Positions 37,949-47,453 of a stretch of DNA of 64,000 bases are shown piece after piece. A program made the translations under genes and the position numbers. The notes beneath the pieces are model-generated. The model searched no databases, was not told the origin of the DNA, and was given only the letters and a program-made list of their open reading frames with translations. Source of the DNA: a virus (Duplodnaviria > Caudoviricetes); IMG/VR virus record IMGVR_UViG_3300035208_006553, positions 32,001-96,000 of that record. One strand, 5' to 3'. The stretch's first letter is position 1. Each line of letters begins with the position of its first letter.

Positions 37949-40900
37949 GTGATAGAGGAAAGAATGAATCTTCAACGACTCAAAGTTCCAAATCGTAATA
38001 CCAATATAATGTCAGCCAACACAGCTTCTATTCTTGAAGCAGTAAAAAGAGCTTCTCAATCTACTCAACCTATTACTAAAGTAGATCAAGTTAAAATTCA
38101 AGAATCAGAAAACAGAGAAAGAATTTCTTTAAAGAATGCAACCGCTTCTGGATTTACAGAAATGAGAAATGGATTATACAAAGAAGCTTATAAAAATGTA
38201 GATTATGGTAAGATATGGATTAAGAAAGAGTTCGTAAATGAAAAGACAGGCGAGAAAGAAGAGTGGTTAGTTAAATATACGAATGACGATGACGAAGTTG
38301 TAAGACACATTGCAAGTTCAGGAATGAATAAAGTAGCAAGTTTAGATACAGACGAATCCCACGAACAAACTAAAAGAGACAAATCAGAGGTTATTAAAAT
38401 GGCAACAAATCAAAGTATTGCAGAAGAAATTGTAAAAACAGCAATGGATTTTTCAGTGTATCAGAAGTATCCTCAATATAAAAAATATTTTACAGCTTTA
38501 CTTGATTTGATGAATCCGCCTTATAGTTATGGTCATGGAACGGTTGCTGACAGTGGTGCAGAATATTTAACAAGTAAGTTTCCAGAAGTAGATGAAGTTG
38601 AAGCCAGTAAAATTTTAAATGTATATTTAGGTGAAATGGCTCCTTATGAAGAAACTGAAGATAGTTACCGTAATTCAAGTAAGATTGCTGCTAATGTTGA
38701 TCCAAAAAAAGTACCTATAGCTGAAGGAGTCACAACTAAAAATATCACGATGGATCAAGGAGGAGCTGGAGGTACAGCTAAAGTAACATTTGAATTTTCT
38801 GATCCTGCTAAAGGTTTAAAATTTTATCAAGATCAATTTAGTGGAGGAAAGGAAAAAGTAGAAGCACCTAATGAAGAAGAAACTTCTGAAGAAGAAGAAA
38901 GTAATAAAACACCGCAAGGTCTTCCTCAGATGCAATCTCAAGTACAAACTCCCCAGCAAGGTGTTCAATTATCTCAACCTAAGGCATCGAGTTTAAATAA
39001 AAAGTCTGAAAAGAGTTTTGATTCTATAGATGGGGTAGCAATAACGTTAAATGAAATATTTGAAGATGCTGGAGAATATCGTATAAATTGGGAAGAAATA
39101 AAACAAGTTTTAAAAAATGCTAAAGAAGAATTTCCTTTATCTCAAGTAATTCAAGTAATACAAAATGGGGATTATGAAATTGAAAATAAACAAAAAATGT
39201 TGAAAATAGTTAAATCCTCTAATTTAAAAATAGGTGAATACTTAAAGAAGGCTGATTATTATGATAATCAGGCAGAAGATCAATACGGACAAATATTAGT
39301 TGAAGGAGATAGAGCTAAATTACAAGATGGAAGAAGAGTTGAGATTGTTTCAATTGATAGAGATAACATAAAGGTAGTTACAGTAGAAAGAGATCAACCA
39401 GTAGGAACACCTTTTTTAGTAAATGCTGAATCCCTTACTAAATGGGCATCTTCAACAGTTAGTGAATTTAGTGATTTATATAAAGGAATAAAAGTTTATC
39501 GAACAAATATGGAGGATAGTACATTTGCCGGCAACCCTTGGAAATTAGCTTCTCGCGAAGGTGCAAATAAGAAGGTTGTAAGTAAATTTAGTAAATTCTC
39601 TTTTGTTAACGAGAACGGTATTGAAATACCATTAACGCTTTCACCTTCTATTAAAGTAGGTAGTTTATTTGAAAGACCAGATACACATGAAGTTGCGAGG
39701 TTTGCCGGCTTTATTGATCGAGTAGCTACATCTTTAGATGAAGACGGTGAGGAAGTTTATAATGAACCTAAATTAAGAAAATTGATTAAGGATAATGTAT
39801 GTGAGAGTTCTGAGTATTGGGCAAGGAATGGAGCGGATTCTGCTTCTGATGTTACTTCAAATTATAGTTGGAGTAACGTTACAGAAATGGATGGCATAGG
39901 AGATTACTTATTAAATTTAGCTTCTTCAGATAAGCAAAAAGCGAAAGTAATATTAAAAGAATATGCTATGAAAGCTGCTCAAGAGTTTAATGAATATTTA
40001 AAAACTTCTTCTTCTAAAATAGCAGTTAAAGATAATGAAGAACCTGAAGATGATTATAATAAAGGTGATGGAGAAGATTTTGAAGCAACAAGTGATAATG
40101 AGGAAGCAAGTGTAGATATACATATTGAAGCTGATCCTAAAACTATCGAAGATATTCTTGACAGTGTTTTAGAAGGAACTAATGTAGGTGATAAATTACC
40201 CGGAGGTAAAGGAGATAATAAATCTGATGAAGATTTTGATCCAGAAGAGTTAGAAAAAGGTAAAAAGGTAGAAAAAGAGCATACTGATGATAGTGAGCTA
40301 GCTGATGAAATTGCAAAAGATCATTTGACTGAAATGGATGATTATTATGATAAATTAGAAGACATGGAAAATAAAGAGAAGAAGAAAGAATCTTCATTAA
40401 ATAAAACAGCATTAGATTTAGATGAAGTTTTAGGCAATACTTACAAAAATGAAGAGGATATAGATGACCCTGACGCATACGAAGTTTATTTTAGTGAAGG
40501 ATATATTGAATTAATAAAAAATGACCGTATAGTACATCAATATAAATATCCAGAAGATATGGAAAGTGCTCCTATTTCAGGAGAAGAAAGCAGTGAAGTG
40601 AATGGAGTATATTATAACAGTATGGACAATTATTTAGAATTTTACGAAAATAAAAGAGTATTGTTCACTTTAAGTTTTAATAGATCTGCTAAAGTAGCTT
40701 CTTTAAATAAAGTAGCTAAAATAGTGCACGAGAACGGAAAATGGTTAGTAAAGAATGAAGCAGGAACCAAAACTTTAGGAACTCACGATACAGAAGAGGA
40801 AGCTACAAAACAACTTCAGGCTATTGAAATTAATAAGCATAAAGCAAGTTTAGAAAAAAGTACAGTTGAAAAATACCTACATAAGGCTTCTTCTTTAAAT

Positions 40901-42109
40901 AAATCTGGAGATTTAGGAAAACCTGGAGCATTAAAGCTATACTTAGTTCCAATAAGCGGTAATGAAAGGTTCCCAAGAGGGGGAGAGTTTTTTGTAGGTA
41001 CTAGAGATGAAATAAAATCAAAACTACAAAAATCAGAAGATTTAGATTCTGAAGAAGCAGAAGAATTGTTACAAAAGACCACTGCTAATTCGATGACAGT
41101 AAAAGGGTTATATATTTATGACCAAGATGATTCAGAAGGTTTAGTCTTAGGAAGAGAATCAACTCCAAATAGTGAATTTATATTAGCAATTAATGATGCT
41201 TTTAGTGAAGGAGGTAATGAAGATATGTATGCATCTAAAAAGATAAATTCAAATTTAAATAAACTTTCTTTTAATGATCCCTATGAAGGACAAGATGATT
41301 TTACTGATTACAGAGATCAAGATGAATTTTTACAATCAAAAACAGAAAGTATTAGTGTAGGAGATAGTGTTAAAGTTGATAATGACCCTTTTGATGAAGT
41401 AGGTACAGTAGTTGAAAAAGATGAAGAAGGAAATTGTTTAATTGAAATGCCAAGTGGAGATACTATTCCTTATCATACAGATCAGTTAATTAAAGTTGCA
41501 GCTGAAGAAGAGAGTTTAGAGATAGGAGAGGGTGATTTTCACCCTGAAGATAATTCTATTGAGCATTATTTATCTCAGAGAAATAGAGAATATAGAGAAC
41601 AAAGTTTACCTGTTAAAATCGATATGTTAGTAGATGATTTAATATCGAAATTTAATTACTCTCCAGAATTATCTCGTAAATTAGTAAAAGACTTTATTAA
41701 CAATAAAATTTCTTCTAAAATCGCAGCTGATATAAGTGATCAAATACCTCCAATGTCCCTTACTACAGATGAATCTAAATCAGACAAACCCGATTCTAAT
41801 GCTCAACCTCTTCCTCCAAAACAGAATTTGAATGACAATCCAGGAGATGTTTTATATGACAGTAATAAAGTTCAGCAAAATGGAGGTCCGGATCAGTTTC
41901 AAACTATAGTTAATCCGCAAGAAAAGTCCGTCACAGTTAAATTTTTAGATAACGATCAAGAAGATGCTCTTAATCAAGCATTACATAGTGGAGTAGGCAC
42001 CTCTCCAAGTTCTCAACCTCAACAAACACCACCTCTTCCTCAACCAAATCAATCAGGGGTTCCTCCAGTGAAAACTTTTGAAGAGAGTAACAGCGGTGTA
42101 CAATACTAA
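37949..42109 (+). CDS. Large acidic multidomain protein, probably virion-internal; contains a DUF5661-like and two KOW/SH3-like modules
   Basis: DFDPEELEKGKKVEKEHTDD..IAKDHL.E..DYY; repeated (K)xASLNKxA and SSKIAA linkers. Confidence 0.65.
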   Translation: MIEERMNLQRLKVPNRNTNIMSANTASILEAVKRASQSTQPITKVDQVKIQESENRERISLKNATASGFTEMRNGLYKEAYKNVDYGKIWIKKEFVNEKTGEKEEWLVKYTNDDDEVVRHIASSGMNKVASLDTDESHEQTKRDKSEVIKMATNQSIAEEIVKTAMDFSVYQKYPQYKKYFTALLDLMNPPYSYGHGTVADSGAEYLTSKFPEVDEVEASKILNVYLGEMAPYEETEDSYRNSSKIAANVDPKKVPIAEGVTTKNITMDQGGAGGTAKVTFEFSDPAKGLKFYQDQFSGGKEKVEAPNEEETSEEEESNKTPQGLPQMQSQVQTPQQGVQLSQPKASSLNKKSEKSFDSIDGVAITLNEIFEDAGEYRINWEEIKQVLKNAKEEFPLSQVIQVIQNGDYEIENKQKMLKIVKSSNLKIGEYLKKADYYDNQAEDQYGQILVEGDRAKLQDGRRVEIVSIDRDNIKVVTVERDQPVGTPFLVNAESLTKWASSTVSEFSDLYKGIKVYRTNMEDSTFAGNPWKLASREGANKKVVSKFSKFSFVNENGIEIPLTLSPSIKVGSLFERPDTHEVARFAGFIDRVATSLDEDGEEVYNEPKLRKLIKDNVCESSEYWARNGADSASDVTSNYSWSNVTEMDGIGDYLLNLASSDKQKAKVILKEYAMKAAQEFNEYLKTSSSKIAVKDNEEPEDDYNKGDGEDFEATSDNEEASVDIHIEADPKTIEDILDSVLEGTNVGDKLPGGKGDNKSDEDFDPEELEKGKKVEKEHTDDSELADEIAKDHLTEMDDYYDKLEDMENKEKKKESSLNKTALDLDEVLGNTYKNEEDIDDPDAYEVYFSEGYIELIKNDRIVHQYKYPEDMESAPISGEESSEVNGVYYNSMDNYLEFYENKRVLFTLSFNRSAKVASLNKVAKIVHENGKWLVKNEAGTKTLGTHDTEEEATKQLQAIEINKHKASLEKSTVEKYLHKASSLNKSGDLGKPGALKLYLVPISGNERFPRGGEFFVGTRDEIKSKLQKSEDLDSEEAEELLQKTTANSMTVKGLYIYDQDDSEGLVLGRESTPNSEFILAINDAFSEGGNEDMYASKKINSNLNKLSFNDPYEGQDDFTDYRDQDEFLQSKTESISVGDSVKVDNDPFDEVGTVVEKDEEGNCLIEMPSGDTIPYHTDQLIKVAAEEESLEIGEGDFHPEDNSIEHYLSQRNREYREQSLPVKIDMLVDDLISKFNYSPELSRKLVKDFINNKISSKIAADISDQIPPMSLTTDESKSDKPDSNAQPLPPKQNLNDNPGDVLYDSNKVQQNGGPDQFQTIVNPQEKSVTVKFLDNDQEDALNQALHSGVGTSPSSQPQQTPPLPQPNQSGVPPVKTFEESNSGVQY

Positions 42110-42145
42110 AAATAATTAATAACATTAATTTTTAAGGAGTAAAAA

Positions 42146-43057
42146 ATGACACGTATAGTTCCCCCATCGAGTGAAAATTATAAAAGAAAATTACCAAATT
42201 GGATGAATCCAAAAGCAGTAATTGAAGCAAGTAAATCATTTATAGGTAAAGTAGCAAGTATGACAAAAGAAGCTTCTAAACCAGAAGAGATTATAGCTTC
42301 TTACATCTGTCCTAATTGTAATAAATCTTTTCAATCGAGCCATACTGATTTTATTAAACAAGCTACCATAGCCAGTAAAAATAAAGTTGAATTTAAACCT
42401 ACATGTCCTAATTGCGGTAAGGAAGTAATAGCTGATAAAAAGATACCTATTATGAATAGAGTTTCTAATCTTCAGACTCTTACTAACGAAAAGAGAGTTG
42501 ATTTAAGAGACAGTCACAACCATTCAATTGGAGTGTCTTTAGGTAAGATTGGCAGTTTTAATAAAATTGCAGCTTTAGAAAAAGAAGCATCAGGTAAGGG
42601 CACTTACAATACATACGTAGATAGACATATAATGTATAGAGCTGTAGATGAATTAGGTAAGTATGCTCGTAAATCAGGTATGACTAATGCAAGAGCTCGT
42701 TATTTAAGATCAGAACATGTAAAAGAAGCAGGTGCTGATATACAAACTCTTAATAATATAGAATGTGTATTAGAATGGGTATTTGGAAGAAATCAAAAAG
42801 GATACGCAACTTCAACTATTAGTATTGACAGCGGTGGTAAATTTGTATTTCCGACAATATTTAAAGTAGCTTCAGGTAAAGAGTTTCCTTTTACAGAGCG
42901 TTCTATAAGAAGTATCGAAAGAGAACCAGTGATGTTTAATTCATACCCTTCAAGAAAGAAATCAGATGTACCTACTTTTAAGAAAGTTGACCCTTCTAAT
43001 TTTAGAGCGGCAAGTTTAGGTAAAGTTGGTGAATATAAAAACGAAAATGAAAAGTAA
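42146..43057 (+). CDS. Hypothetical protein with zinc ribbon and KxAS motifs
   Basis: CPNC twice; KVAS, KEAS, KIAA. Confidence 0.6.
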   Translation: MTRIVPPSSENYKRKLPNWMNPKAVIEASKSFIGKVASMTKEASKPEEIIASYICPNCNKSFQSSHTDFIKQATIASKNKVEFKPTCPNCGKEVIADKKIPIMNRVSNLQTLTNEKRVDLRDSHNHSIGVSLGKIGSFNKIAALEKEASGKGTYNTYVDRHIMYRAVDELGKYARKSGMTNARARYLRSEHVKEAGADIQTLNNIECVLEWVFGRNQKGYATSTISIDSGGKFVFPTIFKVASGKEFPFTERSIRSIEREPVMFNSYPSRKKSDVPTFKKVDPSNFRAASLGKVGEYKNENEK

Positions 43058-43279
43058 CTAGCGTCAAGTGTTTGCAGTTGAGAAAAAGCAATTTATTGTT
43101 TCAGTAAACTCTAATAAATTAGAAAATGTTGTATTAAGTAAAGCTACAGAATTAGGTTTAAGATTTATTGGCAGAGCAATACAGAAAGGTTCTTTACCTG
43201 AGTTAATTTTTGAAGGTACTATAGAACAATTTAACCGTTTACGAGATTTTAAAGATAGTTATTATAAGAGATAAATAAA

Positions 43280-44800
43280 ATGGATCAACCGTTACAGTCA
43301 GTAATTCCTTCTTCAAATATTCAGACACCAAGAGTGTTTCAACCAAATCAACCAGTAATAAATCCTGCTGATGGAAAGAATTACAATGTCAAACAACAAG
43401 TACCTGGTAAAGGAGTTACATTAACTGATCCTCTAACTCAGCAAGAAATGATGGTATCTGAAATAGACAGTCGTAATCTTCAACCAGCATTAAGAACATC
43501 AAAAAAGATTTCTGTTGAAGATCTTGCAAGAGAAATAGTAGCAGATTTAACAGGAGAAGAATTACCTATTATAGAAACACCAGTTTACCAACCGGAGAAG
43601 AAAATGAGTACAGTTAAAAATCGGTGGATGGATACAAGACGTTTATTAAAGACTCAACGCGAGACACTTGCTAGTGAGCAGTCTGATCATCCTACTTATA
43701 ATGAACATCGTCAGGTAAGAGCAATAAGAGAATTACATATAAATAAAGAAGGTGCTGTGTTTAATCCTTACAGGGGTAAAGCCGATGATACAGGTCATGA
43801 TGAAAAGACAGGTCTTCCAATGTCAGAGACTAAAGAGATTGAGGTAGGAATGACAGAATTTCCATACGGAGTTGATAAAAACAAAGATCCTGAAGGGTAT
43901 GCGGCTATGACGATGGAACAAATGGATGAAAAATTTGAAGAAGAACATAGTCATTTTAAAAATGAAAGAAAATTACCTCAGCAAACTATGATGCGTGAAG
44001 AAGATGATGATTACTTTACTGGTCAAGAAAGATTAAATAAAAGAAAGAAAGATGAGGCAGACGCTCCTAAACCTCGCTACTCAGGTGAAGATGATGAAGA
44101 GTTAGCTAAATCTTTAGCTACTACAGCTGCCGATAGAGTAATGGGCGAACCTATAGGAGGAGAGCCAGAGACTACAGAGACTAAAGAATTACCTGTTCAA
44201 TTTAAAGACATACAGAAAGCACCAGGAAAGAGTATAGGTTATGAAGAACCTACTGTACTAGAAAATGCTAATCCTGATATTAAGGCAGCAATAGAATTAC
44301 TAAAAAATACTCAACAAGATATAGAAAGAATTCAAACTGACATTAAGAATAAGACTGAACCTCTTCAAAAAGCCATTACAGACGCTACTTCTGGATTACA
44401 AATTGAACTAGCTAAGAATGCAGCTTTATTAAAAACTTGCTTTGATATGATACATACTGAATTAAATAAGACATCTGATAAGGTAGCGGTAGTGGAAGAT
44501 AGTATTTACGCAGCTATTGATAGAGAAAAGGCAGTAGCTCCTCCTGCAAGTTTAGCTCAAATCTTAAAAAAAGCTGACGAAACAGACGCTAAAGTAGCAG
44601 CTGAAATTCGTAAAATCAAAGCTCTTGTTGAATCTAGTACTACAGAAATGGTTTTAGAACAATTTGTTTATAAATATCCAATATCAGAAGTTCAAAAGAA
44701 GAAAGTGCAAGCAGCTTTAGAAGATGGAGATATTGAATCTATAGTTCAGGAGTTAATAGGTGCATTAAAGTCTTTGCAAGATACAAACGAGAGAATATAA
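43280..44800 (+). CDS. Hypothetical acidic/coiled-coil protein, probably structural
   Basis: 506-aa ORF in the block before terminase. Confidence 0.55.
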   Translation: MDQPLQSVIPSSNIQTPRVFQPNQPVINPADGKNYNVKQQVPGKGVTLTDPLTQQEMMVSEIDSRNLQPALRTSKKISVEDLAREIVADLTGEELPIIETPVYQPEKKMSTVKNRWMDTRRLLKTQRETLASEQSDHPTYNEHRQVRAIRELHINKEGAVFNPYRGKADDTGHDEKTGLPMSETKEIEVGMTEFPYGVDKNKDPEGYAAMTMEQMDEKFEEEHSHFKNERKLPQQTMMREEDDDYFTGQERLNKRKKDEADAPKPRYSGEDDEELAKSLATTAADRVMGEPIGGEPETTETKELPVQFKDIQKAPGKSIGYEEPTVLENANPDIKAAIELLKNTQQDIERIQTDIKNKTEPLQKAITDATSGLQIELAKNAALLKTCFDMIHTELNKTSDKVAVVEDSIYAAIDREKAVAPPASLAQILKKADETDAKVAAEIRKIKALVESSTTEMVLEQFVYKYPISEVQKKKVQAALEDGDIESIVQELIGALKSLQDTNERI

Positions 44801-45222
44801 TGTTACAAACTTTAAGTTGGAACATACAATCTGAAAATGATGCTATGAAAGAGCATGTTAGAAATGGCGACTTTCGAGCGGAACATTTTAGTACAGAAGC
44901 ACTTACAGATTTTAGAAATCTTTACAAGCAGTTATTTATTAACGATGATTACATGAATAATTTTGCAAGAGTGAGTAATCAAGCAATAACAGCATGTAAT
45001 TTGATATTAAATGTAGTAAAGAAATATTCAGAAGAAGTTAACGCTTTGGGAGAAGATACAGAAGAAGAATATTTTACAGATTTATTAAAAAGGTTACAAG
45101 ATGAAGATTATGATAAGATTACATTAGAAAGCCTTTGGGAAATACCTTCATTAGTTGAAATGTTTTTAGATAATATTGGAATAAGAGATATATTTCCAAA
45201 TAATTTAGTGAAGCCATTTTAG
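44800..45222 (+). CDS. Hypothetical protein beginning with an LSW motif
   Basis: MLQTLSWNIQ. Confidence 0.55.
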   Translation: MLQTLSWNIQSENDAMKEHVRNGDFRAEHFSTEALTDFRNLYKQLFINDDYMNNFARVSNQAITACNLILNVVKKYSEEVNALGEDTEEEYFTDLLKRLQDEDYDKITLESLWEIPSLVEMFLDNIGIRDIFPNNLVKPF

Positions 45223-45263
45223 AAATTAAATTAATAATTTAGCTCTTCAAAGAGGTTAGAATT

Positions 45264-45557
45264 ATGTTAGCACAAGTTGATGTAGCAAAAGGTTTATTTG
45301 AAGGTTATGAAAAATTAGGAGTTATTTTTTTATTAATGGTAGCTGTAGTAGCTTTAATTTGGTATTTACTAAAGTTAACAAAAGAGCATAAAACAGAAAG
45401 AGAAGGCATTAATAAAGATTGGCAAGGAGTGTTGCAGCAACACCATGAAGATATGAAAGAGATAATTAAAAACAATTCAGAAGCAATAAATAACAATTCT
45501 AATTTAGTTAGCAGTGTAAAGAGCCTGCTAGAATCTATTGACCGGAGGCTACCTTGA
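45264..45557 (+). CDS. Holin-like single-pass membrane protein
   Basis: One TM segment followed by a coiled coil, BhlA-like layout. Confidence 0.45.
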   Translation: MLAQVDVAKGLFEGYEKLGVIFLLMVAVVALIWYLLKLTKEHKTEREGINKDWQGVLQQHHEDMKEIIKNNSEAINNNSNLVSSVKSLLESIDRRLP

Positions 45558-45829
45558 TTAGTGCAATTCTCTATTTACTCAGTTCAATTTCGTTTTTTGG
45601 AATTTCTTTTATTTTTTACAAGTCCCATAATGGACTTCTGCGGAAAATATTTATATCTATAACTGCAGTGGTAGGATGGGGTACTTTTATTAGATTTTTA
45701 TCGTATCTTTTCCCTGGATTTATATCAGAAGAGATAGTTGTATTGTTTATTACAATTCCTTTTGTAGTAACAGGGTTACCTAGTTTTATATTTTTATATT
45801 TGAAATATTATAAGAAACAACAATTATAA
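45554..45829 (+). CDS. Small multi-pass membrane protein
   Basis: Three hydrophobic stretches and a basic tail. Confidence 0.55.
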   Translation: MISAILYLLSSISFFGISFIFYKSHNGLLRKIFISITAVVGWGTFIRFLSYLFPGFISEEIVVLFITIPFVVTGLPSFIFLYLKYYKKQQL

Positions 45830-45865
45830 AATTTTATGTATGTATTGAAATAATGATGAGAAATT

Positions 45866-46657
45866 ATGTCACTTATTGGTTTAACAAAGAGAAACTCAAT
45901 GTGCAAGATTTGCACAGCTTTTGATGATGATGAAATTCTTACCGCAATTAATTTAGATATACTTTTAGGACGCAGAACTTACAAAGAAATTAGAGAACAT
46001 TACACTCCTCTCATGCCTTCTCTTATTACTAGTCCTATAACTGATTCAAACATTAATAATCACAGACGTCATTGTGATCCTAAATTAATTGTAGATCAAA
46101 CATTGAGAGAAAAGAATAAAGCTGTTACTGAGAGCGATTTTGCTGCAGTATTGTATGCTGAACGTTTTAATGAGGTTGTAGATAAAAAGAAAGTAATTGA
46201 ATCTTTATATAAAAGTCGAATCAATACTGTTCAATTTTTAAGAGATTTATTAAAAGATAAACAAGATGATTATATTCAATATAAAAAACAAATTAAGGAA
46301 GGAGATAAAGTTACAGTAGCTGTTGCTACGGGCAAGTCAAAATCTACTGAAAGTGATATTCGAAATTTAATCGATCAAATTGATGATATCGAAGTAAGTA
46401 TTCAACAAACAATATTGAAAGATTTTAGTGTAGAAAAAGGTCCTGGAAATACTTATATTAATCAAAATTTTGTCAATGTATTTGAAAATTCATTAAAAGG
46501 ATTTATGACCGAGGCTATTCCTTATTTGTTATATAGTGTATTTCAAAACGATATAGAAAAAGGTAAAGAAGTAATTGCTCAATTATCTTCATATATGGAT
46601 AAACACCTCACCCCTACTCTCAAACAAGTTAATCAATCGAAAAGTTTATTAAATTGA
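45866..46657 (+). CDS. Candidate terminase small subunit
   Basis: CKIC...HRRH N-terminus, coiled coil, NTYINQN tail; upstream of terL. Confidence 0.45.
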   Translation: MSLIGLTKRNSMCKICTAFDDDEILTAINLDILLGRRTYKEIREHYTPLMPSLITSPITDSNINNHRRHCDPKLIVDQTLREKNKAVTESDFAAVLYAERFNEVVDKKKVIESLYKSRINTVQFLRDLLKDKQDDYIQYKKQIKEGDKVTVAVATGKSKSTESDIRNLIDQIDDIEVSIQQTILKDFSVEKGPGNTYINQNFVNVFENSLKGFMTEAIPYLLYSVFQNDIEKGKEVIAQLSSYMDKHLTPTLKQVNQSKSLLN

Positions 46658-47436
46658 TAGACTGGAGACAAATATTAAGCTGGCAAGTAGAGACTAACGA
46701 ATTTTACGAATTAGAAAGATTACTCAATAATAAACATTACTCTTATCATCTAGAAGGAAATACATTTATTATTGATCATGAAGGATATGTATATCTTCCT
46801 TTTCTTACATCTCTACCTAATAATGTACAATTTAATAACAGAGGATATGTATATCTTTATTATCTTACATCTTTACCTAATAACATACAATTTAATAATA
46901 GAGGAGATGTAGATCTTAATTCTCTTACATCTCTTCCAGATAACATACAATTTAATAACAGAGGAAATGTATATCTTAATTCTCTTACCTCTCTACCTAA
47001 TAATGTACAATTTAATAATAGAGGATATGTAAATCTTGCTTCTCTTTTATCTTTACCTAATAACAAATATGATATATTTAAAAACGATGGAGTAATTTCT
47101 TATAATCACCGTAACTCTCAATTTAATCCTAAAGATAGAGAAAAATTGAGTTGGAAAGAAGTTGAATGGTCAGATCTTAAAGGTTGGTTAGTAAAAGATA
47201 CTACAGGAGGTCGTCCTTATTGGGCTGAAGAAGATTATAAAGGAGAAGTGTATTATCTTGTAATTAGTGTAAGTGAGCTACCAAATAAAAATTTAGATAA
47301 GTTTAATATGATTGCACTTCAAGGATCTAGTCAAGATGGTGTAATTAATGAATATGAACAAGGTGCAAAATTTACAGAACCCTATTGGGTATATAAAGAT
47401 TTACGAAATATAATACCTATACGAAAAATATTTTAA
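46654..47436 (+). CDS. Protein with 20-aa leucine-rich (LRR-like) repeats
   Basis: About five GxVxLxxLTSLPNNxQFNNR units. Confidence 0.75.
   Translation: MIDWRQILSWQVETNEFYELERLLNNKHYSYHLEGNTFIIDHEGYVYLPFLTSLPNNVQFNNRGYVYLYYLTSLPNNIQFNNRGDVDLNSLTSLPDNIQFNNRGNVYLNSLTSLPNNVQFNNRGYVNLASLLSLPNNKYDIFKNDGVISYNHRNSQFNPKDREKLSWKEVEWSDLKGWLVKDTTGGRPYWAEEDYKGEVYYLVISVSELPNKNLDKFNMIALQGSSQDGVINEYEQGAKFTEPYWVYKDLRNIIPIRKIF
46783..47064 (+). repeat. 60-bp tandem repeat (about 4.7 units); second copy at about 63865-64000
   Basis: GGA NAT GTA NAT CTT NNT TNT CTT ACA TCT..CAA TTT AAT AAY AGA. Confidence 0.9.
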
Positions 47437-47453
47437 TTATATAAATTGATATC

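Noticed and set aside
46783-47064. CRISPR array
   Set aside because: 60-bp units are contiguous, in frame and have no unique spacers; this is a coding repeat
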